Positions 47,208 through 57,522 of a stretch of 64,000 nucleotides of DNA are shown one piece after another. The stretch covers positions 1,024,001 through 1,088,000 of the forward strand of contig CAWDXE010000001.1 in assembly GCA_963806185.1 (NCBI GenBank), read 5' to 3'. Under the pieces are notes generated by a model, which saw only the letters and a list, made by a program, of their open reading frames with translations, did no database searches and was not told the origin of the DNA. Position numbers and translations under genes: made by a program. The first letter of the stretch is position 1; each line of letters opens with the position of its first letter. Source of the DNA: an uncultured candidate division Zixibacteria bacterium (GTDB lineage: Bacteria; Zixibacteria; MSB-5A5; GN15; FEB-12).

Positions 47208-48431
47208 ATGGATTGGAAACGCTCACCTTCAGCTACTGCCGTTCAGCCGCCAAGGACTGCGGCCGACGACCAGGATTCCGCTTCCCTGCGGAAATTCTTC
47301 ACATCTGCCGATACCAAAATGACAGGCTCGGCCACCGCGGATGATCGTCATACGCACAACGAATTCGTGGCCAAACAGGGGGAATCTATGACCAACCGAT
47401 TAATGGAAGCCGGTCAGAATCGTGTTGAGGAAATCGTCGATCGGATCGCCAAGACGCTGGAAATCAGTCCGGCAATGGTACTTCCCTTCGTCGATTCGAC
47501 CGACTGTCTGGCCGAATTGCTGCATCATGTCGAACCGGTCAATGGCCGGATACTTGCTGCGGGGCATGTCACGCCCGACGTCGCCCTGGCTGCCCACCGG
47601 GCCAAAGTCGAGATGAAAGAGATTCTCGGCGCCTCTCCATTCTGCGGAGACCTGGAGTCACTGCTCCGGGAAGTCATCTCCGAATACGACGTTATCTACC
47701 TTGCCAACCCAAGCCGCATCACCGGGGCAAATTTCTCCCTGGCCGATTTGGAAGCTATGGCCAAGGCAGTGCCGAGCGGGCGACTCATTATTGACGAATA
47801 CTATTTCGATTTCTACGGCATCACCGGTATTGCGCTGATCAAGCAGTATTCCAACGTGGTCGTGCTGCGCTCTTTCACGGCCGCCTTTGGCATCGGTTCC
47901 GCCGAATCCGGCTATCTGGTTGCGGCTCCGGCGACAGTTGTGCAGCTGCAGAAGTCGCTCCCGCCCGAGTCGGTATCGATGACGCTCTACCGGATTATCA
48001 CGACCGTCATCGAGAATGCGGCCAACCAGACAAAGCGATTGACCGCCCTTCACGACGAGTCGCTCCGCCTGGCGACCGTGCTGACTCGTCTGGGTGTTCA
48101 ATGCCGTCTGACCGCCACCGATTTTCTGCTCATGCGTGTGGCCAGCCCGACGGAAGTGGGCAACTACCTGGGCAGGTTCCGCGCTCCCATCGAAGATCTG
48201 AGCGGGTATCCGGAAATGGGAAATTACATTCGCTACAAGCTTCAGTCGGAATTCTCCAATAACAATCTGTTGAAGGGATTCGAGAAGATTCCACCGGGCT
48301 GTTACAAGATGTCCACGCCGGATCGACGGGCAGTTCGCCTGCGCCATTCCGGTGACACCACGGTAGCGAGCAAACTGATGCCGGCAAATGTCGCTGATCG
48401 GCATCGCGTCCTTGTGGCCGCCAAACAGTAA
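47208..48431 (+). CDS. HisC-like class I/II aminotransferase-fold protein lacking the PLP lysine
   Basis: YLANPSRITG, IIDEYYFDF and VVLRSFTAAFGIGSAESGY (canonical RTFSKAFGLAGLR.GY). Confidence 0.75.
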   Translation: MDWKRSPSATAVQPPRTAADDQDSASLRKFFTSADTKMTGSATADDRHTHNEFVAKQGESMTNRLMEAGQNRVEEIVDRIAKTLEISPAMVLPFVDSTDCLAELLHHVEPVNGRILAAGHVTPDVALAAHRAKVEMKEILGASPFCGDLESLLREVISEYDVIYLANPSRITGANFSLADLEAMAKAVPSGRLIIDEYYFDFYGITGIALIKQYSNVVVLRSFTAAFGIGSAESGYLVAAPATVVQLQKSLPPESVSMTLYRIITTVIENAANQTKRLTALHDESLRLATVLTRLGVQCRLTATDFLLMRVASPTEVGNYLGRFRAPIEDLSGYPEMGNYIRYKLQSEFSNNNLLKGFEKIPPGCYKMSTPDRRAVRLRHSGDTTVASKLMPANVADRHRVLVAAKQ

Positions 48432-48455
48432 CCTCGGACAGATTGGGTTATACTG

Positions 48456-50015
48456 ATGCTTCCTGAAATCGACTGCCCCGAACCGATTCTTACTGAATCA
48501 GCGAATCCGCCTGCGAGCCGGAGGGCCTTCGACCAATTCGTCAGCAGCGAATCCGCGCGCGAACATGACTCCTTCGATGAAACACTCGACGCCCAGCCGA
48601 CCCGTGTCGGACGAACTGCCTTGTTCGTTCGCAAAACCATTCTCGCCATCTGCGGTCAATACGGTGCGATTGGTATTTCGCTGGTCGCTCTGACCATAGG
48701 CTTCTCGCTCCACCCCGTGCCCTGGTCGATCATGGTTGAAGCCGGCGTGGCCATAATACTGATTCGCCTCGCCTATCTGGTGACTCGCGGCCCCAAACCG
48801 GTGCTCCGCGCCCACACGATTCGCAAGCGCGCCCGCTGGGTGCTGGTCGACGAAGCCAAAATCAGCGCCGCGTTTCTATCAGTCTGTTATCTGCTCGACT
48901 GGCCGGTGGGCAGACTGACAGTCGGCCTGTTTGTCGCTTTCAACCTCTGTCTCCAGTTGGCCATGCTCTGGTATTCCCGGCTCATGCTCGCCGGGTTGAG
49001 CCGCCAGGCGCAACGACTCGGCAACGTCATACTGAAGCGACGGGCGATCATTGTCGGCACCGGTCCAAAAGCCCTGGAAATTGCCAATCAGATTCTTGAT
49101 TCGCCCGACGTTGACACTCAAATCATCGGCTTTCTCGATTATCATAAGAAGTCACTCTGGCGTTATCGCGATATTCCGTTTCTTGGCCACCCGGAACAAC
49201 TCAGGGAAATTGCCACCAACGGTCAGCTCGATGCACTGTTCATTGCGGTCGAACCCGAAGATGTCAGCAACGCCAAGGCGGTCTTCACTGCGGCCGAAGA
49301 AATGGGCGTGCCGGTCTTCCTCATGCCGGATGTCTTCCCGTCGTCGATCGCCTTTGCTCGCTCCGGGTACTTCTGCGGCATGGCCACCCTTATCTATCGC
49401 TCGGTGCCGGACGACCACTTCACTCTTCTCGCAAAATCGATGATCGATCGTGTTGGCGCGATATTCGGACTACTGATGGCCGCTCCCATGATTATTGGTG
49501 CTGCTCTGGCTATCAAACTCGACAGCCGGGGGCCGGTCTTTTTCGCCCAGGTGCGCGTCGGCCTGAATGGCAAGACTTTCAGACTCTATAAATTTCGCAC
49601 CATGTGCCGCGACGCCGAGCAACTCAAGGCACAACTGGCCGGCAGCAACGAAATGTCCGGGCCGGTATTCAAAATGAAAGACGATCCGCGCATCACACGG
49701 GTTGGACGATTCCTGCGACGGTACTCGATCGACGAATTGCCGCAGCTATTCAATGTTCTGCACGGCGACATGTCGCTGGTCGGCCCGCGTCCTGCTCTGC
49801 CCAAAGAAGTCTGTCGCTTCAAACCGTGGCAGCATCGCAAGCTGGCGGTTAAGCCGGGTGTCACCTGCATCTGGCAGGTGAGCGGTCGCAACAATATCGA
49901 CTTCGAGGACTGGATGCGGCTGGACTTGAACTACATTGATAACTGGTCGCTCTGGCTCGACGCAAAAATTCTGGCAAAGACAGTGCCAGCGGTACTAAGG
50001 GGATCGGGGATGTAA
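48456..50015 (+). CDS. Priming polyprenyl-phosphate glycosylphosphotransferase (WcaJ/CpsE-like)
   Basis: N-terminal TMs, CoA-binding-like IIVGTG, YKFRTM, DDPRITRVG.FLR..SIDELPQL.NVL.GDMSLVGPRP. Confidence 0.93.
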   Translation: MLPEIDCPEPILTESANPPASRRAFDQFVSSESAREHDSFDETLDAQPTRVGRTALFVRKTILAICGQYGAIGISLVALTIGFSLHPVPWSIMVEAGVAIILIRLAYLVTRGPKPVLRAHTIRKRARWVLVDEAKISAAFLSVCYLLDWPVGRLTVGLFVAFNLCLQLAMLWYSRLMLAGLSRQAQRLGNVILKRRAIIVGTGPKALEIANQILDSPDVDTQIIGFLDYHKKSLWRYRDIPFLGHPEQLREIATNGQLDALFIAVEPEDVSNAKAVFTAAEEMGVPVFLMPDVFPSSIAFARSGYFCGMATLIYRSVPDDHFTLLAKSMIDRVGAIFGLLMAAPMIIGAALAIKLDSRGPVFFAQVRVGLNGKTFRLYKFRTMCRDAEQLKAQLAGSNEMSGPVFKMKDDPRITRVGRFLRRYSIDELPQLFNVLHGDMSLVGPRPALPKEVCRFKPWQHRKLAVKPGVTCIWQVSGRNNIDFEDWMRLDLNYIDNWSLWLDAKILAKTVPAVLRGSGM

Positions 50016-50053
50016 GCACATCCCCGATGCAATAAACACGGCAGGAGGCCGAC

Positions 50054-51503
50054 ATGTTCGCCAGGACGGCGATCATCTTTCTTGCACTCATCAGCAGTTC
50101 ATCACTCACCGCGCAGGTTATCCCGGCCGGCCATCGTGAATACGATCTGCTCTACGACCAGGTTGAAGCGAACCGATGCCCTGTCAGTCGGACGGTTCGA
50201 TCGCCAACTGGGACCGTACTCATTTGCCGATCTGCGCGTTTCTCCCGGTCCCTTTGCTTATCTCCAATCAAACGACGACCGCTACCTGACCCTCTTTGGT
50301 TTCGGCCGCGAGCAATTTGACGCCCGCCGAGCCACTCGCGCGACCGCCTTCGAGTCGATCCGTGGCGGACTGGTCGGCGCGCCGCTGAAAAACGTCTACA
50401 TCTACGGTCAGTTTGTACTCGATGAACAGAAGGCCGACGATCCCGCTTACACCGGTAAGAAATGGCGCGGTCTGGCCGGCGATGTTGAGGACGCTTTTGC
50501 CGTCTACGCCACCAATCGGCTGAACATCACCGTTGGACGCTTTGGCAGTTTCTGGGGAATGCGCGAGTCGCTGATCCTCGGCGCCGAACAGAAGCTTGAC
50601 GGTCTGGCCTATAGCATCCGGTGGGGAAGACTCCGCCTGTCGTATCGATTGGCCCGACTCAATCCGTTGCACGTGTTGACAGATAGCGTGAGCATCACCG
50701 AGAACAGATACTTCGCCGGACATCGCCTCGATATCCATCTCTCCGATGACTTGCGCGTTGGAGCGTTCGAGACCATCATCTTCGGTGGTGAAGGCCGACA
50801 GATTGAATTCGCTTACCTCAATCCTCTGCTGTTTTATCACGGCACCCAACTCAATGATTCAACCAATGACAATGCCCTCATCGGTATCGACTTCGATTGG
50901 AAACCACTCCATCGCATGAATCTCTTTGGCCAGCTGGTGGTGGATGATTGGCAGATCGACAACCAATCACAGGGTGATCAGGAGCCAAACGAATTCGGCC
51001 TGCTGGTCGGCGGCTTTCTCGCCGACCTTCTGCCCGAGACCGACGCGAAATTGACATATATCCGCGTGACAAACCGCACCTACAATCAGATACTCCCACG
51101 AAACCGCTATATTAATGATGGCGGCCTGCTGAGCAGCCCACAGGGCAACGACTTCGACAACGCCCGGCTCGAGATTCGGCACTGGCTCAGCCCCCTTCGC
51201 TACCTGCGCACCAGACTCTCATTTCTGCGTCAAGGTGAAGGAAGCGTTGACGATCCCTGGACTCAGCCCTGGCTCGACATCACCGGCCCATATCACGAAC
51301 CGTTCCCCACGGGTGTAGTGGAAACGTCCACGAACATCTCACTCGGTGGAAAGGGAGTCGCTTTCGATCATCTCTACTTCGATATCGATGCCGGCCTGTC
51401 GCACATCAAAAACGACGGTCACGTCGCCGGCGCCAACCGCACCAGCCTGTTTGCCAGTATCTGCCTGTCGGTCTTTGGCTTTACGTCGATTCCAGTGGAT
51501 TGA
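50054..51503 (+). pseudogene. Capsule-assembly Wzi-family outer-membrane protein, frameshifted near 50160
   Basis: The signal peptide is in frame 50054 (SD AGGAGG; MFARTAII...YDLLYD). The body (LKRTDAL..., GRF...WG, NRYFAGHRLD, YLNPL, DN...G.D, G..VVDD) is in frame 50082. Removing one base in GACCAGGTTG joins them. Confidence 0.72.
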
Positions 51504-51585
51504 TCCGATACTCCACCAAAACCTTTTCTCGATTTTGCGGTTCCAATATGATACGTTGTCCGCCGCAAAGTGAAATGGGAGACTC

Positions 51586-53643
51586 ATGATCGAATCGACT
51601 CAGGACCGCCGGCCCAATCGACTGATTGGCGAAACCAGTCCCTACCTTCTTCAACACGCCTACAATCCGGTGGCCTGGTTCCCCTGGGGTGACGAAGCGC
51701 TCACCAAAGCGCGCGCCGAGGACAAGCCGATTTTCCTCTCCATCGGGTATGCCGCCTGCCACTGGTGCCATGTCATGGAACACGAATCGTTTGAAAGCGC
51801 GCAGATCGCTGAATTTCTGAACGAGCACTACGTCAGTATCAAGGTCGATCGCGAACAACGGCCCGATCTCGACCACATATATATGACCTTCACGCAGGCG
51901 ATGGTCGGACAGGGGGGATGGCCGATGTCTGTCTTTCTCACTCCCGATCTGAAACCGTTTTTCGCCGGGACCTATTTTCCACCTGACGACCGCCATGGTC
52001 GGCCCGGCTTCATGCGCGTAATAACCGAGATCATTGCCGCCTACAAAGAGAATCGCGATGAGGTTGTTAAGTCTGCGGATGACATTTTCGAACAAATCGA
52101 ACAGATCCTCCAGGCCGACCACGGTCAGGCCATGCTTCTCCCCGCGCTGTACAACAACAGTGTTCAGGAGTTGATGAAGGCGTTTGATCATCAGCACGGC
52201 GGTTTTGGCTCGGCGCCGAAATTTCCCCATGCGCTCGAACTGTCCCTGTTCCTGCGCCATTACGCCAAATCCGGCGACCTTACTTATCTACAGGCAGCTG
52301 AAAAGGCCCTTCTGGCTATGGCGCGCGGCGGAATCCACGATCAGCTCGGCGGCGGCTTCGCTCGCTATTCGACCGACGCCCAGTGGCTGGTCCCCCACTT
52401 CGAGAAGATGCTCTATGACAACGCGCTTCTCGTCCCGACCTACGCGGAGGCGTATCAAGTGACCGGCAATCAGGTCTATCTCGATATCGTGCGCAGCACG
52501 CTCGATTTCATTCTTCGCGAAATGAGCGACCCGGCCGGCGGATTCTATTCCAGTCTCGACGCAGACAGCGAAGGGCACGAGGGGAAATTCTACGTCTGGC
52601 CCAAAGACGAAATCGAACGAACGTTGGGTGCCGAGGCTCAAAGAGCGACTGAATACTTCAATGTGACGAGCGTGGGCAATTTCGAAGGCGTGAACATACT
52701 TCATCTTTCACCGGCATCGGACCGCATTCAAGCCGAACTTGGCGATACGTTCCCCGGTTGGCTGCAATCGATCAAAGCAAAGTTGTTTGATGCTCGCAGC
52801 AGGCGCGTGCGCCCGTCAACTGATGACAAGATTCTGACGTCGTGGAACGGCCTCGCCCTGACCGCCTTCTGCCGAGGGTACCAGGTGACGGGTGACCCGC
52901 AGTATCTGATAGCCGCGCGTCGCAACGCCCGCTTTGTCATGCAGCACCTGTCGCAGAACGGCGGATTGCTGACTCACTCCTACCGCGACGGCAAGCACTC
53001 CGATGGCCGCTTCCTCGAGGATTACGCCTACTACCTGCGCGGTCTTCTCGATCTGTACGAATCGGATACTTCGGCCGAAAGCGAGGACTGGCTCCGTTTC
53101 GCTCGCACGCTGGCCGATCACGCGCTCGATCTCTTTCAGGATCCCCAGACCGGAACCCTCTTTCTTCGCGAGGCCAACCAGCCCGACCTGATTGTGCGGC
53201 CGAAAGACGAAACCGATACCGCCCTGCCTGCGCCAGGATCACTGCTGATCGGCTCGCTCCTGCGTCTCGAACGACTGACCGGGAATCTTCACTACGGTAA
53301 AGCGGCCGAACTCGGCTTGCGCGCCGTCTCCGGCCACATCGAGCGGTACCCCACCGCGATGGCCTCGGCTCTCATCGCGCTCGAATACTACATTGCCGAC
53401 CGAATCGAAATTGTCATCGTCGGCTCCGGTGACCTACGCGATCAGATGTTAGAAACAATCTATCGTAAGTTCCTCCCTAATCGAGTCCTTGCGATGAGCG
53501 CGACTGGGCAGGACGGCTTGCCGCTTTTTGAGGGACGGTCAGCCGATCCGGGGCAGGTGCGCGCTTTCGTTTGCCGCAACTCAGTCTGCCGCCTGCCGGT
53601 GACGACTGTCGACGCCCTTCAGACCGAGCTTGCGAAACTGTAA
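51586..53643 (+). CDS. Thioredoxin-domain + six-hairpin glycosidase-like protein (YyaL/SPATA20/DUF255)
   Basis: [31 protein letters not shown] and [11 protein letters not shown]. Confidence 0.93.
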   Translation: MIESTQDRRPNRLIGETSPYLLQHAYNPVAWFPWGDEALTKARAEDKPIFLSIGYAACHWCHVMEHESFESAQIAEFLNEHYVSIKVDREQRPDLDHIYMTFTQAMVGQGGWPMSVFLTPDLKPFFAGTYFPPDDRHGRPGFMRVITEIIAAYKENRDEVVKSADDIFEQIEQILQADHGQAMLLPALYNNSVQELMKAFDHQHGGFGSAPKFPHALELSLFLRHYAKSGDLTYLQAAEKALLAMARGGIHDQLGGGFARYSTDAQWLVPHFEKMLYDNALLVPTYAEAYQVTGNQVYLDIVRSTLDFILREMSDPAGGFYSSLDADSEGHEGKFYVWPKDEIERTLGAEAQRATEYFNVTSVGNFEGVNILHLSPASDRIQAELGDTFPGWLQSIKAKLFDARSRRVRPSTDDKILTSWNGLALTAFCRGYQVTGDPQYLIAARRNARFVMQHLSQNGGLLTHSYRDGKHSDGRFLEDYAYYLRGLLDLYESDTSAESEDWLRFARTLADHALDLFQDPQTGTLFLREANQPDLIVRPKDETDTALPAPGSLLIGSLLRLERLTGNLHYGKAAELGLRAVSGHIERYPTAMASALIALEYYIADRIEIVIVGSGDLRDQMLETIYRKFLPNRVLAMSATGQDGLPLFEGRSADPGQVRAFVCRNSVCRLPVTTVDALQTELAKL

Positions 53644-53757
53644 GCTGTTATTCGATGTCTACTTATCGGATACACTTTTTCACTTTCTTCTCCTGGGGCA
53701 ATTTCCTACCTTGGGCGCGATTGGTATAAAGAATGGCCCCTCGGCGGGCCGATAAGG

Positions 53758-54570
53758 ATGAGTAGAGTGTCTCACGGATACGACGACAAATCCATAGCCG
53801 AGTTAGCCCTGGAATCCTCACCTATGACTGAAACGACGGTAACATCGCCTCTCGGTTCAATCAGCGCGCCGGTCGCCGCCGCGGCGTCGCGTGCCCGTCT
53901 TGTTTTGGTCGGGTCGCGCGAGTCCGTCGGAGAAGAACGGGTGGTGCCGTTTGCCCTGCCGGATCACAACCGGCTGGCGCTGGTGGTGAAGCGAGGCATT
54001 GATATTTTGGGTGCGTCACTCTTCCTGATCGTGTCGTCGCCGATCATCGGCCTGCTCGGCCTGCTCATCAAGATGGAAAGCCACGGCCCGATCTTCTTCC
54101 GCCAGATTCGTCTGGGCGTGAACGGTAAGCCGTTTTACATGTTCAAGCTGCGGACGATGGTTTCCGATGCTGAACGTCGCAAGAAGGATCTACTTGCGCA
54201 CAACGAACAGGATGGCCCCGCCTTTAAGATTCGCAAGGATCCGCGTATTACCACGCTTGGGCGGTTGCTGCGCAAGTTTTCGCTCGATGAACTCCCGCAG
54301 TTTGTGAACGTGTTGATGGGCGACATGTCGCTCGTGGGACCAAGGCCGCCGTTGCCGAAGGAAGTCATGCGGTACGAGACATGGCAGAAGCGCCGCTTGT
54401 CGGTGAAGCCGGGCGTGACCTGTGTATGGCAGGTTGACGGTCGCAATCAGGTCAGTTTTGACGATTGGGTGAAGCTTGATCTCTGGTATATCGACCACTG
54501 GTCGCTATGGTTGGATATTAAGTTGATTGCCAGAACGCTTCCGGCCGTTCTCCGCGGCTCCGGGCTGTAG
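53758..54570 (+). CDS. Sugar transferase (Bac_transf, single-TM phosphoglycosyl transferase); start uncertain
   Basis: KR.IDI, KLRTM and DPRIT..G.LLRK.SLDELPQF.NVL.GDMSLVGPRP. Confidence 0.92.
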   Translation: MSRVSHGYDDKSIAELALESSPMTETTVTSPLGSISAPVAAAASRARLVLVGSRESVGEERVVPFALPDHNRLALVVKRGIDILGASLFLIVSSPIIGLLGLLIKMESHGPIFFRQIRLGVNGKPFYMFKLRTMVSDAERRKKDLLAHNEQDGPAFKIRKDPRITTLGRLLRKFSLDELPQFVNVLMGDMSLVGPRPPLPKEVMRYETWQKRRLSVKPGVTCVWQVDGRNQVSFDDWVKLDLWYIDHWSLWLDIKLIARTLPAVLRGSGL

Positions 54571-54599
54571 ACTGTTAGCAAGAATCGGCTCACAACGAT

Positions 54600-56105
54600 C
54601 TTCCGTCACAAATGTCACGCCTGCCTTGAGCGGGTGCCCAACACTTCGTTGCCAAACAGATTTCTCTTTTTTGTCATCCTGAACTCACGGGATTTGTCAT
54701 CCTGAACCTTTTCCCAAAGGTTCAGGATCTCGATGTCCACCGCACTACCGTTCGCGTCATTGCGAGGCGCGCATCGCGCCGTGGCAATCTCTCAGTTCTC
54801 TTCTCCCGTCCCTCACCCCAGCCCTCTCCCATTGGGAGAGGGAGCAAGAGGGTGCTCTGGTAGGTCAGGCTTCTTTGACCAATTGATCAAGAAGCCTGAC
54901 AGCAGGTGCTGATATACCATAGATTAATTGGAAATTGCCTCGCCGGGCAGCATCGATGCCCGCCGCAGGCGAGCGGATGCTGCCCGGGTGGTCCGTAAAT
55001 CCCCAACAATGGCAGCACCCGCTCGAAGACTCGCATCGGTGCTGCCCTACTTGGCCCCGCACTTCGACAAACCTTCCACAACCGCCCCTTTCCGGCAACT
55101 ATTTTCAATTGCCCGAAAGTTTTTGCATTTCCACTGACAGGTTCTGGCAGTGGCAGGAATTAGTTTACCGCTAGGCAGACAGCCGCGCGGGGCGAGGGGG
55201 CCGGGGGAGGTCGCACTGGCAAGGTCGAACGCAACGAGAGAAAGCTCCGTTGCCTGGGTGTACCGCTACTATCGTGCCTTTGGGCATCTGGGCAACACAT
55301 GTGCCGCCGAGCGCCGCTGCTCGGCGGCGCACTTTTTATATGCCGTACCCCGGCATTTGTGCCGGGGCAGCTTTTGGGAATCGCCCCTCGTCGAGGTTTA
55401 TCCTGAGCGACCCCGAAGGGCTCGGGACGGCATTGGAACTGTCCTCCCATCCATGCCCTCCCGTCATGTCACCCCCGCCTTGAGCGGGGGCCCACCCATC
55501 CAGCAATGCGATCATCCTGTATTCGTGGGTACAAAGTGTATGTCAAGATTCTCAAAATGTATGTCGAACCTCACACGTTGAGGCCAACACGAAATGCGTT
55601 GCTACTGACCGTTTGAAAAACAACGGAGTACGAACGCGCGGGACTCTACAGTGAAATGCGAGCAAGTGAGTAGAGTTTGTCTTTGCTCGACGAGTGTGGG
55701 TTACGGCGGGTCCATGGGGGCAGTTTGCGAAGATACCCCACCGCGCAGGCGGTGGGGTACGGATGCTGAGATTGGAGCGGGTTTAAACAGTAGTGCCTAT
55801 ATATAGGGCCCCGATCCGCATTCTGTAGCGATTTGGTAGTGCAATGGATTGCGAGGGCATGGTGAGATCGTGCGTGATCATGACGCACATCGACGTCGCT
55901 CAGTGTGACGGTTCGCACTTACGACAGATTTTGCTGTCAGGTCGAAACCGCCGCGGTTTAAACCTACAAGAAGAGAACTGAAAGATCGCCACGGCCCGAA
56001 GCGGGCCTCGCGATGACATTTGTTGGGTGCGGGCCTCGCGATGGCGTGATTGTGAAGGCGGTGGACACTGAGATCCTGAATCATCGGAATGATTCAGGAT
56101 GACGA
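54600..56105. repeat. Gene-free cluster of mixed REP-like palindromic elements (cluster 1)
   Basis: More than 10 hairpins, including GTCATCCTGAA..TTCAGGATCT (54696; 56070-56104 reverse), GTCATYGCGAGG..CCGTGGCRATCT (54756; 55981-56017 reverse), CCCTCACCCC..CTCTCCC..GGGAGAGGG (54810) and GTAGG stems (54860; 55011-50 reverse; 55933-67 reverse). Confidence 0.8.
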
Positions 56106-56182
56106 GGGAAGGAAGCTCCGGCGCACCACCCCCCCATCTTTATCTTGCCCGCCGTTCCCCCGCGCGTGTATAAATCTCCCGT

Positions 56183-57337
56183 ATGAGTACCTCCCGTCTG
56201 CTCACCTGGATTGAACTGTCGCGCGCCGCACTCGACGCCAACATCAAGTCGCTCGCCAAACTCGCCCGCGGCCGCGTCATGGCCCCGTCAGTCAAAGCCA
56301 ACGCCTACGGCCACGGCCTTCCCGAAATTGTCAGCCTGCTGGGGTCGCGCAAAGATGTCGGCTATCTGTCGGTCCACTCGCTCGACGAGGCCATCATCTG
56401 CCGCGCCAACGGCTGGCAAGGGAAGCTGATGATCCTCGGGCCGGTGCACCCCACTATGGCCGCCGAGATTGTCGCGTTTGACCTCGAACCGGTGGTCAGC
56501 TCGCTTGATATTCTCACCGCACTCGGCAAAGCGGGTGACAAGGCCGGCCGACCGGTCCGCTCCCATCTCAAACTGGAAACCGGCACCAACCGTCAGGGGA
56601 TCACCGCCAAGGACCTCCCCAAATTCGCCAAGGCGTACAAGCAATACAAAGCGCTGGGCAAACCGTACGGCGCCTCTACCCATTTCGCCAATATCGAGGA
56701 CACGACGTCGCACGAATACGCCCAGTCGCAACTCGACACGTTTACCACCCTGGTCGCACAGATGAGCAAGCTGGGAATCAAGCCGAAAGTCCTGCACACG
56801 GCGTCCTCGGCCGCCCTCATCCTGTTCGAAAAAACCCGCTTCGACCTGGTCCGGCCCGGCATCTCGTTCTACGGCCACTGGCCCTCGAAAGAGACTTATC
56901 TGTCGTACCGGCTCGAGGGGGGCACCAACGGTATCCTGCATCCGGTGTTGACCTGGAAGACGCGCATCACACAGCTCAAGGACCTCCCCGCCGATTCATT
57001 CATCGGGTATGGCTGCACCTATCGCACGACCGCCCGGTCGAAAATCGCCGTACTGCCGATCGGGTACTACGACGGGTACGTGCGCGCCCTCTCCAACACT
57101 GCCTATGTGCTGGTGCGCGGGCAACGTGCCCCGGTGCGGGGTCGCATTTGCATGAATCTGATGATGATCGACGTCACCGATATCAAGGGAGTGCGGCATT
57201 TTGACGAGGTAACGCTGATTGGTCGCGACCATCGCGAGACTCTATCCGCCGAGCAATTGGCAGCCTGGGCGGGGACGATCAACTACGAGATTCTGGCCAG
57301 GCTGAATCCGGCGCTTCCGCGAGTCATTGTCGGGTAA
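56183..57337 (+). CDS. alr: Alanine racemase
   Basis: VKANAYGHG, HLKLETG.NR.G, VRPGI..YG, PIGYYDG and GRICMN. Confidence 0.96.
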   Translation: MSTSRLLTWIELSRAALDANIKSLAKLARGRVMAPSVKANAYGHGLPEIVSLLGSRKDVGYLSVHSLDEAIICRANGWQGKLMILGPVHPTMAAEIVAFDLEPVVSSLDILTALGKAGDKAGRPVRSHLKLETGTNRQGITAKDLPKFAKAYKQYKALGKPYGASTHFANIEDTTSHEYAQSQLDTFTTLVAQMSKLGIKPKVLHTASSAALILFEKTRFDLVRPGISFYGHWPSKETYLSYRLEGGTNGILHPVLTWKTRITQLKDLPADSFIGYGCTYRTTARSKIAVLPIGYYDGYVRALSNTAYVLVRGQRAPVRGRICMNLMMIDVTDIKGVRHFDEVTLIGRDHRETLSAEQLAAWAGTINYEILARLNPALPRVIVG

Positions 57338-57410
57338 GCACTTACAAGACTATAAAGACCGCATTTTTTTCTTGGAATCAGGATGAAATCTCCACTTATT
57401 CTGCCGATTA

Positions 57411-57475
57411 TTGTTACAAAATTCACTTGACAGTTGGTCTCGTGAGGAATACTATTATTGTGAACGTTTTCACAT
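57411..57475 (+). promoter_or_regulatory. rex promoter with two Rex operators
   Basis: TTGACA (57427)-17-TACTAT; TTGTGAACGTTTTCACAT (57458-75) and weaker TTGTTACAAAATTCACTT (57411-28) versus consensus TTGTGAA-N4-TTCACAA. Confidence 0.88.
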
Positions 57476-57522
57476 ATTTCGGTAATGCATTCGGCCATAT
57501 AAAGTTTGGGGCATATTGACCA

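Noticed and set aside
54865..56084. Short ORFs within repeat cluster 1
   Set aside because: No SD or protein motifs, and they run through palindromes; likely spurious.
54600..56105. CRISPR array
   Set aside because: Repeats are heterogeneous, irregularly spaced and in both orientations; no cas genes in the window.
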